A DNA stretch of 64,000 nt, taken from a virus (taxonomy: Duplodnaviria; Caudoviricetes). Positions 61,293-64,000 of the stretch are shown piece after piece. The position numbers and the translations under genes were made by a program. The stretch is taken from positions 1,162-65,161 of the IMG/VR virus record IMGVR_UViG_3300047160_004775. The stretch is one strand, 5' to 3'. A model generated the notes under the pieces. That model had not been told where the DNA came from and searched no databases. It saw only the letters and a program-made list of their open reading frames with translations. Positions within the stretch are counted from its first letter, which is position 1. Every line of letters starts with the position of its first letter.

Positions 61293-62938
61293 AGGGCATC
61301 CACGATGGCGATCATCTCGCCGATGTCCTCGACCACCGGCACAGCCATGGAGTTGCCGAGCGCCTTGTAGCGGGGTCCGTCCGGAGCCATGCCGCTGCGC
61401 CAGGGGATCAGGGTGTAGGACCGTGGGAACCCTTGAAGGGCCTCACATTCCTCGACGGTCAGTCGACGGACCGCGCTACCGCCCGATGCTGATTGAGCTT
61501 CACCGCAAGTGGATCGCCGTGCTTCTTGAAGCGCTGATAGTGCTTCTCGCAGAAGCCGAGCCCCTTCGCTGGCGCCCCACAGATCGTGCAGAAACCTTTC
61601 GGCCGGTGATGGCGAATATGGCAACTCCGACAGATACGCTCCAAGTTGCCGAGCGAGTTGTTCGTGTGGTTGCCATCCCTGTGGTGAACGTCCGTCGCTC
61701 CCGGCTTCCCACAGGTCTTGCACGGACCAGGAGGAACCAGCTTGCGAGCGTGATAGTGCGACGTTGACCAGCCCTCGCTGCGGGAAGGCCGCGCATCGAA
61801 TGCGGCGGCCATGCACTTCTGATCGCAGAACTTCCGTCGGCCAAAATGCAGCAAGGATTCCAAAACCCCACTCGCAAAACGCTTCCTCTCCAGAAGCTTG
61901 GAGCAGTGCTCGCAGTGCTTTATGGGGTCCGGCTTGCGAAGAATTGGCATGGTTCACACCATATACTGATTTGCCGGTTCCAGTGATTAAATCCCCGCCG
62001 CGCGCGCTCGGGCGATTGCCGCCAGCCGTGACAGCCTGCGCGCGGTCACTCTCGCGGGCGTTGTAGTCCTTGTTGCTGTTCGACGGCGTGATGTTGAAAG
62101 CGACCGCCTGGTCATTCACGCCGGCGACGCCATGGCCGCGCGTGGTCGCGCCGGATTGGAGCGCGCCGACCACGAAAGTTTCGCTTGCAAAGTCGGTGCG
62201 GCCGTGCGGTCCACCATGCGCAGCGAGCGCAGCGGCCACGTCCACCGGCCCCGAGGTGCGGTTGCCGCCGAAAGCTTCGATCAGTCCTCCGTCGCAGTCG
62301 AAGTCGGTTCCGAGCCCGCCGCCTGCAGAGCTGCGGCTAGGGAGGGTGGGAGCGCTTTTCCCCGCTTCTCGGCGCGGCGCAGGATGCCCCTGCAGGCTGT
62401 GGCGCTCAAAAAGAACCGCTGCGGCACGTCGCCAGTCTCCAAGGTGTCCGACAACGAACACACGGCGGCGTCGCTGGGCCACTCCAAAGAACTGAGCGTC
62501 AAGCACTCGGTAGGCGAACCCATACCCGAGTTCGACCATGCCCCCGAGAATGGCTCCAAAGTCCCGTCCTCCGTTCGACGACAGGACGCCGGGGACGTTC
62601 TCCCAAACCAGCCAGCGGGGCCGCAGGCGGTCAGCCAGGAGAATATACTCGAGGGCCAAGTTGCCACGGTGATCAGCCAGTCCTTTTCGGAGGCCGGCGA
62701 CGCTGAAGGACTGGCAGGGGGTTCCCCCAACGAGAAGGTCGATTGGCTCATAGTCCCCCGCTTGAATGGTGGTGAAGTCGCCGTGGAGCGGCACGTGCGC
62801 GTAGTGGTGGGTCAGCACCGCCCGCGGAAAGGCGTCGATCTCGGACATGAAGGCGCAGCGCCAGTTGCGCTTGCGAAAGGCGTACTCGGGCGCGCCAATG
62901 CCCGAGCACACGGTCCCGTAGGTGAACGGTCGATCCAT
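61289..62938 (-). CDS. C5-cytosine DNA methyltransferase with expanded variable region
   Basis: Motifs I (VCSGIG), IV (GGTPCQSFS), VI (WENVPG), VIII (QRRRRVF), IX-X (RRLT.EECEALQGFP, KALGNSMAV). Confidence 0.93.
   Translation of the reverse strand: MDRPFTYGTVCSGIGAPEYAFRKRNWRCAFMSEIDAFPRAVLTHHYAHVPLHGDFTTIQAGDYEPIDLLVGGTPCQSFSVAGLRKGLADHRGNLALEYILLADRLRPRWLVWENVPGVLSSNGGRDFGAILGGMVELGYGFAYRVLDAQFFGVAQRRRRVFVVGHLGDWRRAAAVLFERHSLQGHPAPRREAGKSAPTLPSRSSAGGGLGTDFDCDGGLIEAFGGNRTSGPVDVAAALAAHGGPHGRTDFASETFVVGALQSGATTRGHGVAGVNDQAVAFNITPSNSNKDYNARESDRAQAVTAGGNRPSARGGDLITGTGKSVYGVNHANSSQAGPHKALRALLQASGEEAFCEWGFGILAAFWPTEVLRSEVHGRRIRCAAFPQRGLVNVALSRSQAGSSWSVQDLWEAGSDGRSPQGWQPHEQLARQLGAYLSELPYSPSPAERFLHDLWGASEGARLLREALSALQEARRSTCGEAQSASGGSAVRRLTVEECEALQGFPRSYTLIPWRSGMAPDGPRYKALGNSMAVPVVEDIGEMIAIVDAL
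61459..61950 (-). CDS. HNH endonuclease nested in the +1 frame of the C5 MTase
   Basis: CEHC, FCDQKC, CKTC, VHHRDGNHTNNSLGNLERICRSCHIRHH, CTIC. Confidence 0.9.
   Translation of the reverse strand: MPILRKPDPIKHCEHCSKLLERKRFASGVLESLLHFGRRKFCDQKCMAAAFDARPSRSEGWSTSHYHARKLVPPGPCKTCGKPGATDVHHRDGNHTNNSLGNLERICRSCHIRHHRPKGFCTICGAPAKGLGFCEKHYQRFKKHGDPLAVKLNQHRAVARSVD
62281..62751 (-). CDS. alternative-frame ORF inside the C5 MTase (M.EcoHK31I beta-like)
   Basis: WSNSGM...SLSDTLET...FLS...GILRRAEKRGKALP; similarity is from recall. Confidence 0.55.
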   Translation of the reverse strand: MSQSTFSLGEPPASPSASPASEKDWLITVATWPSSIFSWLTACGPAGWFGRTSPASCRRTEDGTLEPFSGAWSNSGMGSPTECLTLSSLEWPSDAAVCSLSDTLETGDVPQRFFLSATACRGILRRAEKRGKALPPSLAAALQAAGSEPTSTATED

Positions 62939-62953
62939 CCGGCGTGGCTCCGG

Positions 62954-63232
62954 CTAAATGAGGACCGACGCCTTGGCCCCCCAGAGGGCAGCGTCGTAGC
63001 GTGAAGCTATAGCGGGCGACCTTTGTCGTAGCAAGCACATCCAGACGCCCACGCCGTCGGCCGCATCCTTCCTGCCGTCCGCGTCGGTGGTCGGCAATGC
63101 GACACCGAGCCGCTCGCCGTCATAAACGGCGACGGAGAACTTGTGGCCCCGCGGCGGCTTGTTGTGCCGGTGGTGCTGGGCGATGAAGGCCGCGGCCGCG
63201 CGGAGGGTGATGGGGCGGATCTCGAGGCTCAC
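62954..63232 (-). CDS. XF1762-like protein, apparently truncated
   Basis: RPITLRAAAAFIAQHHRHNKPPRGHKFSV N-terminus; the expected downstream motifs are absent. Confidence 0.55.
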   Translation of the reverse strand: MSLEIRPITLRAAAAFIAQHHRHNKPPRGHKFSVAVYDGERLGVALPTTDADGRKDAADGVGVWMCLLRQRSPAIASRYDAALWGAKASVLI

Positions 63233-63910
63233 GCGACCTCAGCGACGGGCTTGTAGACGCGGGCGACGTGACTGCTGAGCACGAACGGGATTTTGGCGAT
63301 AGCGGCACTGGCGGCCTTGCGCTTCGGCCCGCGTGACGAACACGACGCCACCGGATCGCGCGACCAGTTGCGGCCATCGGGGTTCTGGTTCGTGACCTTC
63401 TGACCGGGCGACCCGATCTTGAACCATGAACCGCCCGCGCTCTTGCGGCCCTCCAAGACGTGGCGTTCGACGCTCTCGCTCTGGAACGAGCGGCCCGAAC
63501 CGTCGAACCGGAAGCCGGGGTTCTTGCGTGCCCGCTTGATGATCTGCGGCATCAGCGCGGGGACATCACCCCAGAGATAGAACGAGCCGTAGGACCACGC
63601 CGCCGGCCCGACCCACGGCTGGGCGCCGCGGACGTTCTCGACTACCATGGGAATGCGCTTCCCCTTGGCGGCGCTGGCTTCCCGCTGGATGCGGAATTGC
63701 GCGTCGAACAGGGCGTTGAGCGTGCGCAGCGCCTCGCCGGTCTCGTCTGCCCGGATCGCCGCCGCCTTGGCCTTCGCCCGCGTCCACGGCATCGCCATGT
63801 AGCTGTATTCGGTGCAGGGCGAGCTGCTGACGATCAGGTCGGCGTCCTTGAGCTCGGCGCCGTCGATCGTGAGCACGTCGCGCAGAAGCAGGCTATAGTG
63901 CTCGGGAAGC
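63229..63910 (-). pseudogene. C5-MTase-like protein lacking motif I (5' truncated)
   Basis: SSPCTEYSYMAMPW, VVENVRGAQ, YLWGDVPALMP, IAKIPF; no FxGxGG motif in the open frame up to base 64000. Confidence 0.55.
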
Positions 63911-63926
63911 CCAAGGAGTTTCCGCA

Positions 63927-64000
63927 GTGGACGAGTCCGAACCCAGCGAAATCGAAGTGACGCCCGGGATGATTGCGGCGGGGATAGAGGCCTACTACGC
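63927..64000 (+). CDS. small protein (3' partial)
   Basis: AAGGAG RBS, GTG, EIEVTPGMIAAGIEAYY. Confidence 0.5.
   Translation, partial: MDESEPSEIEVTPGMIAAGIEAYY

Noticed and set aside
1-64000. CRISPR array, tRNA, rRNA
   Set aside because: No regularly spaced repeats and no tRNA T-loop or cloverleaf seen by eye; a tRNAscan/Infernal run would be decisive

Overview
The window holds most of a high-GC tailed-phage genome with a podovirus-type (P22/Bcep22-like) virion module. The host is probably alphaproteobacterial, inferred from the integrase-arm and DUF1376-type replication genes. A + strand early block (exonuclease, RecT-like annealase, XRE regulator; 1-5.6 kb) converges at a terminator with one long - strand array. 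Read from the right, that array runs: DNA methyltransferases, replication initiator/loader, a PAPS-reductase-like + QueD-like + TGT/DpdA-like cluster, terS, intein-containing terL, small accessory genes with a relic xis/integrase, portal, GroES-like protein, scaffold, major capsid, head-tail adaptors, tail/fibre genes, ejection proteins including a 3923-aa DarB-like polyvalent protein, and a lysis cassette. The most unusual signals: (1) a 12-bp palindrome GTCACGCGTGAC with 7 exact and 3 single-mismatch copies seen, clustered around the packaging genes; (2) two genes with GC-rich third codon positions overprinted in the +1 frame of the giant protein; (3) a C5 methyltransferase gene carrying a complete HNH gene and a second ORF in its +1 frame; (4) a templated insertion flanked by a 77-bp duplication that creates a new chimeric tail ORF; (5) a Tat-signal protein carrying a copy of the capsid N-terminal arm; (6) a minimal deazaguanine-like modification cluster. 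All family calls come from motif recognition by eye; no database search was run. No tRNA, rRNA or CRISPR array was seen.
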